64,000 nt of DNA from a virus (IMGVR_UViG_3300005095_000172:1-64000); one strand, 5' to 3'; shown: positions 46,070 to 55,283, numbered from the stretch's first letter. Program-made: numbers and translations. Notes: generated from the letters alone by a model not told the origin.

Positions 46070-47170
46070 TTATCCCTCTTCGATATTCACTTCTAATTCT
46101 TTTATCGGGTATCCGTGTTCAAGATATTCATTCAGTCTTTCATAGCTATGTTTCAATACATAATTTTTATTCGTAACTCTTCCAGTTTTTGTTTTTGTAC
46201 TGAAATCATCAATGAAGTCAAAATACCTCATCATATCCTTTTCTTTATGAAGTCTCATTCCTCTTCCGATTGACTGATTAAGTCTAATACTAGATTTAGT
46301 ACTGGCGGCACTGAAGAAATTGTGTAACCTCTTAATGTTCAACCCAGTCGAAACTGTCTGGGCACTTCCAATGATAATCCCGTCTTCTACATTTTCCAAT
46401 AATGCTCTTACTTCATTTCTTGTTTCTCCCTCAATAGAACCTTTAATTAGGTATATATGAAAATCACTAAGAACTCTGATTTTTCTAATGTCATCATCTG
46501 AAAAATGTTTAGACAGATTTCGTTTATCTTTATCTGTCAGTTCCGTAAGAACAAAAAGTTCTTCTGTAGAATTTATTTTTTCTTTTGCTTCCAGTACTCT
46601 CTTAGGAGTAACCTTTTCAAGGATAATAGGTTCTGGGATATTGAATTTATTTGCGAGTATAAGTTTAAGTAATAAATCACCGTGAGATATAGAGTTATAC
46701 ATAACCATAGAGTTCCCGTATTTTTCTGTGGCTTGAATAACCATCTTAGCTATGAAATTATTCCTTGGGATATGTTCTTCTATAAATTTAGTTTCCTTTT
46801 GGTAATTTTTCAAAGCTTTTACTTTTTTCTTATCAGCATCAGAATAGTTCAAGTACACCGTGACAATAGTTACAGGAGTTGCTAACCCTCTTTCAATCAA
46901 TCCTTGAGGAGTAATGATTTTCTTGGATTTACCTAAAGTGGCTGAAAGCGTGAATCTCCCTTCGTAAGTCTTCGGCAAAGTTCCCGTTAGGCCAATCTTA
47001 TAAAGACAATTTCTGGATGCGTTCAGAAGCTTAGTGAGTGACTCTCCTGTTGCGAGATGACAATTAGATACATTTAGTCCATTAGCAAAATAATTATGAT
47101 TATCTTCAACATGGAGATTATAGGTATCACCTTCGTAATGACATGGTTCAATTGAAACTATTTTTGACAT
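46070..47170 (-). CDS. uvsW: UvsW helicase C-terminal fragment preceded by a 36-aa split-intein C-half (IntC)
   Basis: It starts 'MSKIVSIEPCHYEGDTYNLHVEDNHNYFANGLNVSN|CHLATGESL', with its own GGAGG RBS. The IntC block (47063-47170) parallels Npu DnaE IntC. The extein 'CHLATGESLTKLL..CLYKIGLTGTL' matches T4 UvsW 'ECHLATGKSISSII..CMFKFGLSGSL'. Confidence 0.8.
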   Translation of the reverse strand: MSKIVSIEPCHYEGDTYNLHVEDNHNYFANGLNVSNCHLATGESLTKLLNASRNCLYKIGLTGTLPKTYEGRFTLSATLGKSKKIITPQGLIERGLATPVTIVTVYLNYSDADKKKVKALKNYQKETKFIEEHIPRNNFIAKMVIQATEKYGNSMVMYNSISHGDLLLKLILANKFNIPEPIILEKVTPKRVLEAKEKINSTEELFVLTELTDKDKRNLSKHFSDDDIRKIRVLSDFHIYLIKGSIEGETRNEVRALLENVEDGIIIGSAQTVSTGLNIKRLHNFFSAASTKSSIRLNQSIGRGMRLHKEKDMMRYFDFIDDFSTKTKTGRVTNKNYVLKHSYERLNEYLEHGYPIKELEVNIEEG

Positions 47171-47314
47171 ATATATTCCTCCATGGACAAAATCATTTTT
47201 CCTAATGAATTTTTATACCACCTTTTCAATATAGTTTTATTTTCTTTAGAAAATATAGTAATCTTTAAGCTTGTTTTTGAATAGAATGTGATTTGGAAAA
47301 ATTCACCAATTTTC

Positions 47315-47773
47315 TTAAATTCTTCTACTAAAAGAATTAATCGTTCGTTCAATTTTTCTTCTTGTATCCCCATCAATTGACTCCTTCATATTGTAATATT
47401 TTTCTTCAATTTTCCAGATATTCTCATAGAACCAATCGTCATCTATGAAAACATATTCATATCCGTGCGTCTCACACCATTGTTTAGCGAATTTCTCCTT
47501 TACCTTTACTACTTCGTCGCTCATTTCAGATTTAGGTTTAATTTCATAGAGTATTTTTCCAATTTCATCTTCAAAATCTATTATATATGTATGTGAAACC
47601 CCATTATATGAGTACGGGATTCTTGTTTTTTCATACATAAGTGATGGGTTTATCATGAAAAATAAAGCTTCCCAGGAACTCCTGAGAGCAACACCATTCA
47701 CATAACATCGTGATTTAGAATATGAATTCGTGATACAAGGAGTCCACTCACCGTTAGCTATTTTTGTTTTCAT
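47315..47773 (-). CDS. putative PD-(D/E)xK nuclease (candidate homing endonuclease) between the split-intein halves
   Basis: 'HTYIIDFEDEIGKILYEIKP' D...E-x-K signature; sits inside the fractured uvsW locus. Confidence 0.4.
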   Translation of the reverse strand: MKTKIANGEWTPCITNSYSKSRCYVNGVALRSSWEALFFMINPSLMYEKTRIPYSYNGVSHTYIIDFEDEIGKILYEIKPKSEMSDEVVKVKEKFAKQWCETHGYEYVFIDDDWFYENIWKIEEKYYNMKESIDGDTRRKIERTINSFSRRI

Positions 47774-47930
47774 GTATATAGATTGTCTCTCTGCTTTTTC
47801 TTGAGGTCTTCTTTATTCATGGTATGATTTGGATTATTTTCAGTTATGTATTTAGAGTGAAGAGCGTTCTCACATTTTTTATTACAAGTTTTCCTATACG
47901 CACCATATCCATATAAACTGGAGTCTCTCT

Positions 47931-48401
47931 TTAATCTTTTTTGACAAAATGCACAGTTTTCGAGTGGGAAAAATAATCTAATATTTCAGTATTAGTCATT
48001 TCATAAAATTCAGTATGTTCTAGACCAAATTTCAAAAACATTTTCATGTATTTATTTTTTCCTCTAAGCTCCGTACTTTCGTGAAGTTTTGAGTTAGAAT
48101 ACTGTAAAGCAATAATTTCATCTTCTATATTACTTCTTTCAATGGGATATATAACTCTTCCATTTTCATCCCAAATAGCATAATTTAAATCTATATCTGT
48201 AATGTCAAATAAAACTGCAAACTTGAAGAAATAGAAGTTGATATGGTTTTCGTTAATTTTTCCTAAATCTTTTCTAAGGTAAGTTATCTTACCTTTGATC
48301 TTTGATCTTACTGCTTTTGTGTATGGGGTTTTAGTGAGGAAGAGTTTAAGTTCAGTTAGAGAACTAATTCTTTCTATTTCTTTAAATATATTTCTTTTCA
48401 T
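47931..48401 (-). CDS. hypothetical protein between the split-intein halves (possible partner of the nuclease)
   Basis: ATG with GGAG RBS; no recognisable motif. Confidence 0.4.
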   Translation of the reverse strand: MKRNIFKEIERISSLTELKLFLTKTPYTKAVRSKIKGKITYLRKDLGKINENHINFYFFKFAVLFDITDIDLNYAIWDENGRVIYPIERSNIEDEIIALQYSNSKLHESTELRGKNKYMKMFLKFGLEHTEFYEMTNTEILDYFSHSKTVHFVKKD

Positions 48402-48446
48402 CTCATTCTCCGAGTAAAATTTAAGCCATGGCTTGCCTCTATTTAA

Positions 48447-49430
48447 TCAACTTACACTTAAAATGTCATCCCCAACTAATAATTCATCAACTCTTACCCA
48501 ACCCCTTTTTGTGTTTACTTTATGGTTTCCAGTGATAATAAGTTCTTTCCCGTCCTCAGTCTTTAGCTTATACGTCTGTTCTTTTGGAAGATTCTTGTGT
48601 ACTTTTCTTACCTTTTTGTATTCATATTCACCAGAGTTTTCATTTATCGTCAATACTTCTTCACCAACTGAAATCTCACTTATTTTTTTCACCCCATCTT
48701 TTGTCAGTATTGGTGTGTTTGGATGTAAACATTCATCAACTATTACATAATCTAATTGGTCATAGTCGGACTCTTTCATAAGTATTCCCGACTGCCATGT
48801 AGTGACAACCATAGGCTTACTAAATGATTTTTCTTTCCCAGCAAATATCGTGTGAAGCTTTTTATCTGCATCTTCTTCACTCATCCCATAACTAAGGAAA
48901 TCTGAACGCATCTGTTCGGCTAATCCGACATTCGGAACTATCAGTAAACCTTTCTTTCCGTGTCTTTCGAAGAATGACATGATAAGAAAAACAATCAAAC
49001 TTTTTCCTGCCCCAGTAGCCGCTACGATTATTCTTCGTGGATGCTTGAGTACTTCCCTTAATGCGTCAACTTGATAATCATATGGTTCAAATGGGAGATT
49101 TAGTGATTTAATATGTTCTTGGATATCTGCTTCTGAGAAAAATTCTGGTTCAGTCTTAGGAGTGTAAGGTTCGTCTAAGTGGTCTTTATATCTAAGTGAA
49201 ATTGTTTCAGCTAACCCTTTTGGTATTTGCATAGATAAGTCAGATAACACCTTGAAATAGTATTTCTTACCGTCCCATATACCAGATCTGTATTTTGGTG
49301 AAAACTTATACCCATCCACAAAAACACTCAAGTCATCCATTAATTTAGTTCTTAGAACTAAAGCTTCTTCTTCTGAATGAGAATCGAAAGTTATAATAGA
49401 AAAACTTTCATCTTTATCAAAAATCTTCAT
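48447..49430 (-). CDS. uvsW: UvsW helicase N-terminal fragment followed by a 94-aa split-intein N-half (IntN)
   Basis: N-terminus 'DGYKFSPKYRSGIWDGK' matches T4 UvsW 'DGYRFNPRFRYGNWDGR'. Walker A 'ATGAGKS'. 'VIVDE|CLHPNTPILTKDG...ITGNHKVNT...' are intein blocks A/B. The ORF ends at a stop after IntN (48450-48731). Confidence 0.8.
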   Translation of the reverse strand: MKIFDKDESFSIITFDSHSEEEALVLRTKLMDDLSVFVDGYKFSPKYRSGIWDGKKYYFKVLSDLSMQIPKGLAETISLRYKDHLDEPYTPKTEPEFFSEADIQEHIKSLNLPFEPYDYQVDALREVLKHPRRIIVAATGAGKSLIVFLIMSFFERHGKKGLLIVPNVGLAEQMRSDFLSYGMSEEDADKKLHTIFAGKEKSFSKPMVVTTWQSGILMKESDYDQLDYVIVDECLHPNTPILTKDGVKKISEISVGEEVLTINENSGEYEYKKVRKVHKNLPKEQTYKLKTEDGKELIITGNHKVNTKRGWVRVDELLVGDDILSVS

Positions 49431-49491
49431 ATATCCCCTCTTTTGTTTAGGGATATTTTATAAAAAGAAACTTAATATTGACTTAATGTAT

Positions 49492-49767
49492 TCAATAATT
49501 TCCCGTGGCTCCCACGACAACTTGAGTTTTTGGATTAAATGTTCTCGGGATAGGAGAATTTCTTCCTATATTCTTCACAAACTCAATACGATACCCTCTT
49601 TCTTCCATTAGTTCTTTGAATTCATTGAAAGAAGTACTGATTCTACCTGCTCCTGTCTTAGCCCAAGAAACATTTTCCATTAGGCCTTTATCTGAACAAT
49701 CTGTTTTAAATTCAATGAGTTCATAGTAGTATCGTTGATTATCTTCTTTGTAGATAAAAGTTTCCAT
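49492..49767 (-). CDS. hypothetical protein
   Basis: ORF track. Confidence 0.4.
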   Translation of the reverse strand: METFIYKEDNQRYYYELIEFKTDCSDKGLMENVSWAKTGAGRISTSFNEFKELMEERGYRIEFVKNIGRNSPIPRTFNPKTQVVVGATGNY

Positions 49768-49795
49768 TTAAATCCTTTTAAAAGCCATATGTCGA

Positions 49796-50071
49796 TTAAT
49801 GCTTAAAATTAAATTCTAGTCTATTTTCATTTTTAGACCAATATCTTTCTATTATTCCAGTGACTGTTCTGTACACATAACCGTCATCGATGTCAACTAC
49901 ATAAGAATCTGATGGAAAGCGTTTCAACTCCTTTATGACATCTTTTACAGTTGAAACCCCACTTGTGAAATCGTGGTCAATCGTACCATCCTCCTGAATA
50001 ATTATACCAGAGGTAAATTTAATGTTCTTAGGATACTGTTCTAAAATTTCAATTAATTGTTCTGAATTCAT
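49796..50071 (-). CDS. hypothetical protein
   Basis: ORF track; promoter element upstream. Confidence 0.4.
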   Translation of the reverse strand: MNSEQLIEILEQYPKNIKFTSGIIIQEDGTIDHDFTSGVSTVKDVIKELKRFPSDSYVVDIDDGYVYRTVTGIIERYWSKNENRLEFNFKH

Positions 50072-50077
50072 TTTTAG

Positions 50078-50118
50078 CCTTTCTTTTTAACTTCTATATT
50101 ATAACTAAAGTTAGCTTA
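50078..50118 (-). promoter_or_regulatory. promoter element copy
   Basis: Consensus match. Confidence 0.55.
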
Positions 50119-50126
50119 GAATTCCT

Positions 50127-50444
50127 TTAATCCAAAAGTTCAATTTTGGCTCTTTTAATTTTATACCCGTCGAAAGTACCTTTTACATTTATAGTTGAAT
50201 TCAAGTCAATACAAGTTCTTCCAACAAGATGAGTATCGAATTCCAAAATCCCTGAATCAACAAGAACTCTTTGCTTTTGTTCATTCAATGAAGAGAAGTG
50301 TACTCTTACCTTTTTCTTATCTTTTGTCATACCAATCAAAGTATATGTCCATCCGTACATACCGTTCTCAATCTTCATTTGGATAGGCTTAATGTCAATG
50401 TCAACTTTTTGCCCATTTTCAAGGTCAGTCCAATCAAGCATCAT
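50127..50444 (-). CDS. hypothetical protein
   Basis: ORF track. Confidence 0.4.
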   Translation of the reverse strand: MMLDWTDLENGQKVDIDIKPIQMKIENGMYGWTYTLIGMTKDKKKVRVHFSSLNEQKQRVLVDSGILEFDTHLVGRTCIDLNSTINVKGTFDGYKIKRAKIELLD

Positions 50445-50855
50445 AATCCAGACAGCGTTATACTGTCTTTCAGTAAGAGTTCCATTTCTTCAATCATTTC
50501 TTTCATACTTCTCAAGAAAGAGTTATCTTCTGAACCTTGAGCAATAAATTCCATCATTTCAGAATTTGTTTCATAGAACTCTTGTACAAAAGTCTTACCT
50601 CTGGCTTCCTCTTCTTCTAAGCGTAGAACTCTTTTTAGTTCGTCTTCATAAGCTTTGTTTTCAGAATATACTTCAGAAATTGTCTTTCCCATTAGTTTAT
50701 TGGCACAACCACTTCCAACAGAGACAGTTTTATTAGTTTTGTTATTTTTTGATTAGATAAGCGTGTTTGATTCCTCTTCCACAAGTGTCACAACAGAAAG
50801 TTTTATCTGAAGATGATCTTTTCTCGAGGATAGAGAATTTAATAGAGGTTTTCAT
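50441..50855 (-). pseudogene. Cys-containing small protein split by a frame change in an A6 run (37-aa N-terminal piece + 83-aa ORF)
   Basis: The ATG with promoter element is at 50853-50855. The 0-frame stops right after AAA AAA (T-run 50745-50750 on the plus strand), and the +1 frame opens exactly there. Confidence 0.3.
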
Positions 50856-50861
50856 TTTAAG

Positions 50862-50904
50862 CCTTTCTTTTAACTATTATATTATAGCTAAAATTAGCTT
50901 AAAA
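50862..50904 (-). promoter_or_regulatory. promoter element copy
   Basis: Consensus match. Confidence 0.55.
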
Positions 50905-51103
50905 TGAAATTAATTATGGAGTATGTAGTAGTAAGATTAGGAATCTTCTCCATCCCAATCTTTATCTACTTCATCAAAGAATTTCTTTCGATCTTCTTTG
51001 TCTAGTTCAGAAGGAGATTTAACTCCATATTTCTTTAATTTTCCTTTGAAGAATTTTTGATATTCTGTTTCTTCATTCAGTTTTTCTAGAATTTCTTTCA
51101 ACA

Positions 51104-51310
51104 TTATTTCTTTCCTTGCATCTTCTTTAATGCTCTTTCAAGCTCTGTTTTAGCTTTCTCTAAATAACTAAAAATGACTCTGTCTATATCAGATGAACTA
51201 ATTTTAGTATTCATTTTCTTTATGATATCATTGATTTCAGAAAATGTAAGTTCAGCGTCATCAGCCCAACTCGCACTTTCTTTTAAATCTTTAATGGTTT
51301 CTCTTAACAT
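51104..51310 (-). CDS. hypothetical protein
   Basis: ORF track. Confidence 0.35.
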   Translation of the reverse strand: MLRETIKDLKESASWADDAELTFSEINDIIKKMNTKISSSDIDRVIFSYLEKAKTELERALKKMQGKK

Positions 51311-51319
51311 AACTTTAAC

Positions 51320-51559
51320 TTATGCAAATTTATAAGTATGATTACCGCAAAGGTCTAATTCCACACCTTTACCTTTTTTATTTTTGGCATAAATAAAACC
51401 ACCAACGACTCCGCTACCACCATCGACGAAAAATTCTTCTCCGTCATTTCTTTTTAGTACTACTACGCCATCAGAAGTACCAATTTTCTTTGCCAATTCT
51501 CTAGCTTCTGGACAAAGTATTTCATTAGACTGAAGTTTCTCAACAATTTCTCTTAACAT
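51320..51559 (-). CDS. hypothetical protein
   Basis: ORF track. Confidence 0.35.
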   Translation of the reverse strand: MLREIVEKLQSNEILCPEARELAKKIGTSDGVVVLKRNDGEEFFVDGGSGVVGGFIYAKNKKGKGVELDLCGNHTYKFA

Positions 51560-51597
51560 AAAAGTTCCCCTTAGTTTCTTATATTTAAGCTTTATTT

Positions 51598-52074
51598 CTA
51601 ATTAAACTTTCCGCCCTTAAACATCTCCCAATCAATTAGACTCTTTATTGTCCACTTCATAGAGTCAAGACCCTTAAGTACCAATTCTATTTGTTCAAGT
51701 AAATCAGTGACCATTTGAAGTTTTTCTTTAATAGCTATATATTCATTATCCTTTTCAATAAAAGATTTAATTTCAGAATTGGATAGGGAGAAATTGAATT
51801 CATTTTTATAGTACAAGTATCTTTCTTGCCACTTTCTATCCAATTCAAATGAATATTTTGTGTGTTTTTGTTTTATAGTGAAGAATAGCGATTGATAATA
51901 ACCAAGAATTTCTGTATGTTTTCGTAACCTTTCACTTATGTCTTTAATTTCAAATTTAATAAATTCGTTATATCTGTCAAATAATTTTTCAGTATCCATT
52001 CTAGTCCCAAAATCTTCTTTCACCGATAAGTTTATAGACCTCTTTTCTAAGCATTTCTTCCTTATCAACTTCAC
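51598..52074 (-). CDS. hypothetical protein
   Basis: ORF track. Confidence 0.4.
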   Translation of the reverse strand: MKLIRKKCLEKRSINLSVKEDFGTRMDTEKLFDRYNEFIKFEIKDISERLRKHTEILGYYQSLFFTIKQKHTKYSFELDRKWQERYLYYKNEFNFSLSNSEIKSFIEKDNEYIAIKEKLQMVTDLLEQIELVLKGLDSMKWTIKSLIDWEMFKGGKFN

Positions 52075-52447
52075 TCAATTCATCACCAGCTTTCTTTAAT
52101 TCTTTGAATAAAGAAACTATTTCATTTAACAGTGCTTCGTCCTTTTCCCACCCAATATAGTGAGAATGTTTCCAATTTTCAGCTCTATCTTTATAAAGTT
52201 CTTCTATCACATCATCAGCATATGAATAGTCCCACCATCTATGTCTCCAAATAACCTTTCTGTAACGCCAGAAGTTCTTTAATCCTATGATTAAATCATA
52301 TCTAAAAAAGTCTTTAATTTTATGCGCTGTTCTATAAACCCAAAGCTCAATCTTTTCTTTTTTAGACAGCTTAGTTTCATCGAACATTCGTTCCAATTCT
52401 TCTAAATCAATAACTTCAAATTCTTCAAGCTTATTCTTCATATTCAA
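52001..52447 (-). CDS. hypothetical protein
   Basis: ORF track; overlaps its neighbour at the 5' end, so the real start is probably internal. Confidence 0.35.
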   Translation of the reverse strand: MNMKNKLEEFEVIDLEELERMFDETKLSKKEKIELWVYRTAHKIKDFFRYDLIIGLKNFWRYRKVIWRHRWWDYSYADDVIEELYKDRAENWKHSHYIGWEKDEALLNEIVSLFKELKKAGDELSEVDKEEMLRKEVYKLIGERRFWD

Positions 52448-52736
52448 GTTCCTTACAATGTTCGCAAAGCACGCAATCCTCTTCTAGAGTGGGCATTAAT
52501 TCAAAATCAGTTTTGTCTATTCTCCTAATGCCCATTCCGGTTAGTGTCCATTCTATGTCTTCTTTGGGCATATCATCTATGAAGAAAGATTTTCCTTTTA
52601 TGATTCCTTCTACTTGGCAATTTTCACATCTATCCACAGTAACTGGGGTGAATACCCCATTTACTTCGTGGAATTTTCTGACACCAAACCCTATAAGTTT
52701 CTTTAGGACAATTCTATCAGAATAATCAAAATCCAC
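52431..52736 (-). CDS. hypothetical Cys-containing protein
   Basis: 'CENCQ...CVLCEHC'. Confidence 0.35.
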   Translation of the reverse strand: MDFDYSDRIVLKKLIGFGVRKFHEVNGVFTPVTVDRCENCQVEGIIKGKSFFIDDMPKEDIEWTLTGMGIRRIDKTDFELMPTLEEDCVLCEHCKELEYEE

Positions 52737-52805
52737 TATACTTCCTTATGAACTTTCTCCATCACTTCTAATGATGATATCTCCTTCGTATATGAAAAAC
52801 TTCCA

Positions 52806-53861
52806 TCATAACCCAGCTTCTTTATCTAGCCTTTCCATGAACCATTTTCTTGCGATAGTTGAAATGTGTTTATTCACATCTTTTGGTTCAAGACCTCTTT
52901 CTACAAGGACGTCCATTTCTTCTTTCATAACATCGGAAACAACCGCCTTAAGGAACTCTCCTGTTCTCTTAACATCACCCTTTCCACCATTGAGAACATC
53001 GAATGTCTCATTGTACATTTGTTCTAGTCTCCAAGATGGAGTAGCGTAATTAGCAAAGTCAATTTTCTTTTGTTCAAGCTCACTATCCACTTTACTTAGT
53101 TTTTTCACTTTTGAATTAGAATGCTTATCCCCCTTACTCTTAAAGGAAAATCTATTTCCGTCGAACCAACCGACGAACACAATCCCTTCTCCGATACCTG
53201 AAACGCCAAATTTCTTAGCGACAGGACATTCATTTTCTACATATTCGGTGAGTTTCACAATTTCTTCTTGTGCTTTAGAAGGATTTTCAAAATCAATATC
53301 TACTTCGAATGTTTCAAAGTCAAAGATAGAAAAAATTCTAAGTTCAGGATTTTTTACTCTATTGAAAATTACTCTTGGATCCACAGCCCATCTATAATCT
53401 TCCTCATCTTTCATTTTGAATTTAATACCGAACATATAGAATGATTTGTCTAGTTCAGAAATACCGACCCCATTTTGAATTCCATTTCCAGCCCATTCTC
53501 CATAAATACATAATTCTTCAATTTCATCGCCTTTATACATATCATCAAAAACTTCATTCAGCATTGACTCAATGTAATCCCTAATACTTTCTACATAAAA
53601 GGCAAATCCTGCGTTGTCTTTGTCTACGGTGATTACATTTTTCTTAGACTGACACCACATTTCACGCTCTGAATTCATACAAATACTAGCGTTTGTTCCG
53701 TGGAGCTTCACTGTACCTACAAAAGTCACCGTAGGAAGGTCTTTAGAATGGTCATAAACAGCATTTCCGTCTTCATCCACACCTTTGTATCTCGCAACAT
53801 GAGATAGGTCTTTTACCACGTTTCTGAATTGAGCAATGCTCGGCATTTTGATTAGTTTCAT
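52806..53861 (-). CDS. RNA ligase, Rnl2-like (nucleotidyltransferase with KxHGxN motif I)
   Basis: 'VTFVGTVKLHGTNASI' versus T4 Rnl2 'WVAREKIHGTNFSL'. Confidence 0.6.
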   Translation of the reverse strand: MKLIKMPSIAQFRNVVKDLSHVARYKGVDEDGNAVYDHSKDLPTVTFVGTVKLHGTNASICMNSEREMWCQSKKNVITVDKDNAGFAFYVESIRDYIESMLNEVFDDMYKGDEIEELCIYGEWAGNGIQNGVGISELDKSFYMFGIKFKMKDEEDYRWAVDPRVIFNRVKNPELRIFSIFDFETFEVDIDFENPSKAQEEIVKLTEYVENECPVAKKFGVSGIGEGIVFVGWFDGNRFSFKSKGDKHSNSKVKKLSKVDSELEQKKIDFANYATPSWRLEQMYNETFDVLNGGKGDVKRTGEFLKAVVSDVMKEEMDVLVERGLEPKDVNKHISTIARKWFMERLDKEAGL

Positions 53862-53873
53862 TTTTCTTCCTTT

Positions 53874-54128
53874 TTAAAATTGAGAACTTAGTTCGCTGTA
53901 AATTTTCTCAGTTTGTTCGTAATGTGTGTCTAAAAATTCTTCCAATTTCTGAAGATCATGAGTAGTTGCATCTGTTCCAAACAAAGCGTCGATTTCTCTT
54001 AGTAGAGTTTCCATTTCATCTGCTCTTGGGTGTTTAACGATAGAACAAAAGTCTTTGATGTATCTCAAGTTTACTCTAAGGAGTTTTGCGTCATTTATCA
54101 TATCGTGTAATTCATTTATTAGTTTCAT
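53874..54128 (-). CDS. hypothetical protein
   Basis: ORF track. Confidence 0.35.
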   Translation of the reverse strand: MKLINELHDMINDAKLLRVNLRYIKDFCSIVKHPRADEMETLLREIDALFGTDATTHDLQKLEEFLDTHYEQTEKIYSELSSQF

Positions 54129-54137
54129 ACTTTATCC

Positions 54138-54398
54138 TTAGAAAGATTTCTTAATGTATTTTTCGAAAAGCTCTATTTTTGAAATGAATTCACCGTCGGA
54201 ATTCTTTGCTCTTGTATTATAAGAACCAAATGGAACCCAATACACTCCATTGATTTCATACTCAGTTTCCCTGAAAAAATCCCTTACGTCTTTAAAAGTA
54301 ATTGAGTTTAGCATCTTTTCATAGGTTCCATTACCTTTAATTTTGTTTCCACAAATCACGGTATCAATTAGTGTATCGATGATAACTTTTGTTTTCAT
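54138..54398 (-). CDS. hypothetical protein
   Basis: ORF track; promoter element upstream. Confidence 0.4.
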   Translation of the reverse strand: MKTKVIIDTLIDTVICGNKIKGNGTYEKMLNSITFKDVRDFFRETEYEINGVYWVPFGSYNTRAKNSDGEFISKIELFEKYIKKSF

Positions 54399-54403
54399 TT
54401 TAA

Positions 54404-54447
54404 GCCTTTCTTTTCAACTATTATAGTATAACTAAAGTTATCTTAAA
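54404..54447 (-). promoter_or_regulatory. promoter element copy
   Basis: Consensus match. Confidence 0.5.
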
Positions 54448-54454
54448 AAACAAA

Positions 54455-54997
54455 TTAAACAAAAGTGTGTTCGATAAAAGTTCTTATTTTTTCCTTTCCA
54501 TCAAATTCGTTAGTGAATTCATAATCATATTTTCCATCTGAAATAGTTTCCCTTACCCAATTATCAAAATCGTTTTTAGGGTGTTTTGCTTCGCCTTTTA
54601 TAGCTACTATTTGAAATCCATTATCTACACACCAATCATATTCATTTTGTGTTCTGATATCTGAAATCACATAATTGTCGACATGAACTAGACTCATTTC
54701 GTCTGCTAACATTCTAACAAAAAGTTCATTTTCAACATCTCTAAGTTTATTCAGCGACAACCAAATTTCTCTTGGTGTCTTAGTTATCACTTCCCCAGTC
54801 TCTTCGATAAGAAGATTAAGTGGTTTCTCTTTTTCTTCTGGTGGATAGTCTGGTTTCAACCAAGGGTAAATTTTAGCACCGAGTTTTTTCAGTTGGTCTG
54901 AAAAACTGAATCTGACAAACCCATATTCATTCTTCAGAATATCTACTATATAGTCCTTCCCTGAGCCACTGACTCCCATGAATGCAATCTTTACCAT
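54455..54997 (-). CDS. deoxynucleoside monophosphate kinase (T4 gp1-like)
   Basis: 'IAFMGVSGSGKDYIV' versus T4 gp1 'IFLSGVKRSGKDTTA'; similar size. Confidence 0.55.
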   Translation of the reverse strand: MVKIAFMGVSGSGKDYIVDILKNEYGFVRFSFSDQLKKLGAKIYPWLKPDYPPEEKEKPLNLLIEETGEVITKTPREIWLSLNKLRDVENELFVRMLADEMSLVHVDNYVISDIRTQNEYDWCVDNGFQIVAIKGEAKHPKNDFDNWVRETISDGKYDYEFTNEFDGKEKIRTFIEHTFV

Positions 54998-55001
54998 TTA
55001 A

Positions 55002-55262
55002 TCACTCCATGATCTGTTTATAGTGAAATCTAAAATAATCGATATTTATGAACCATAAATCTGCGTTTTCTTTTTCGATATTATCTAAATCTCCAGCCAC
55101 AACACCGACGATTTCATCGTCCTTGAATTTCTTTAAGTATTCCTTATCATGGTTCCCCATAGAAATAGAAGGGTATTTTTTCTTCATTTCTTCTATTTCT
55201 TTCTTATTCACAGTGATTACTTCGCTTTCAGTAGGTTTCTTGATCACTTTAATTCTTTCCAT
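55002..55262 (-). CDS. hypothetical protein
   Basis: ORF track. Confidence 0.35.
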   Translation of the reverse strand: MERIKVIKKPTESEVITVNKKEIEEMKKKYPSISMGNHDKEYLKKFKDDEIVGVVAGDLDNIEKENADLWFINIDYFRFHYKQIME

Positions 55263-55283
55263 AATTATACATTCTCCTTAATT

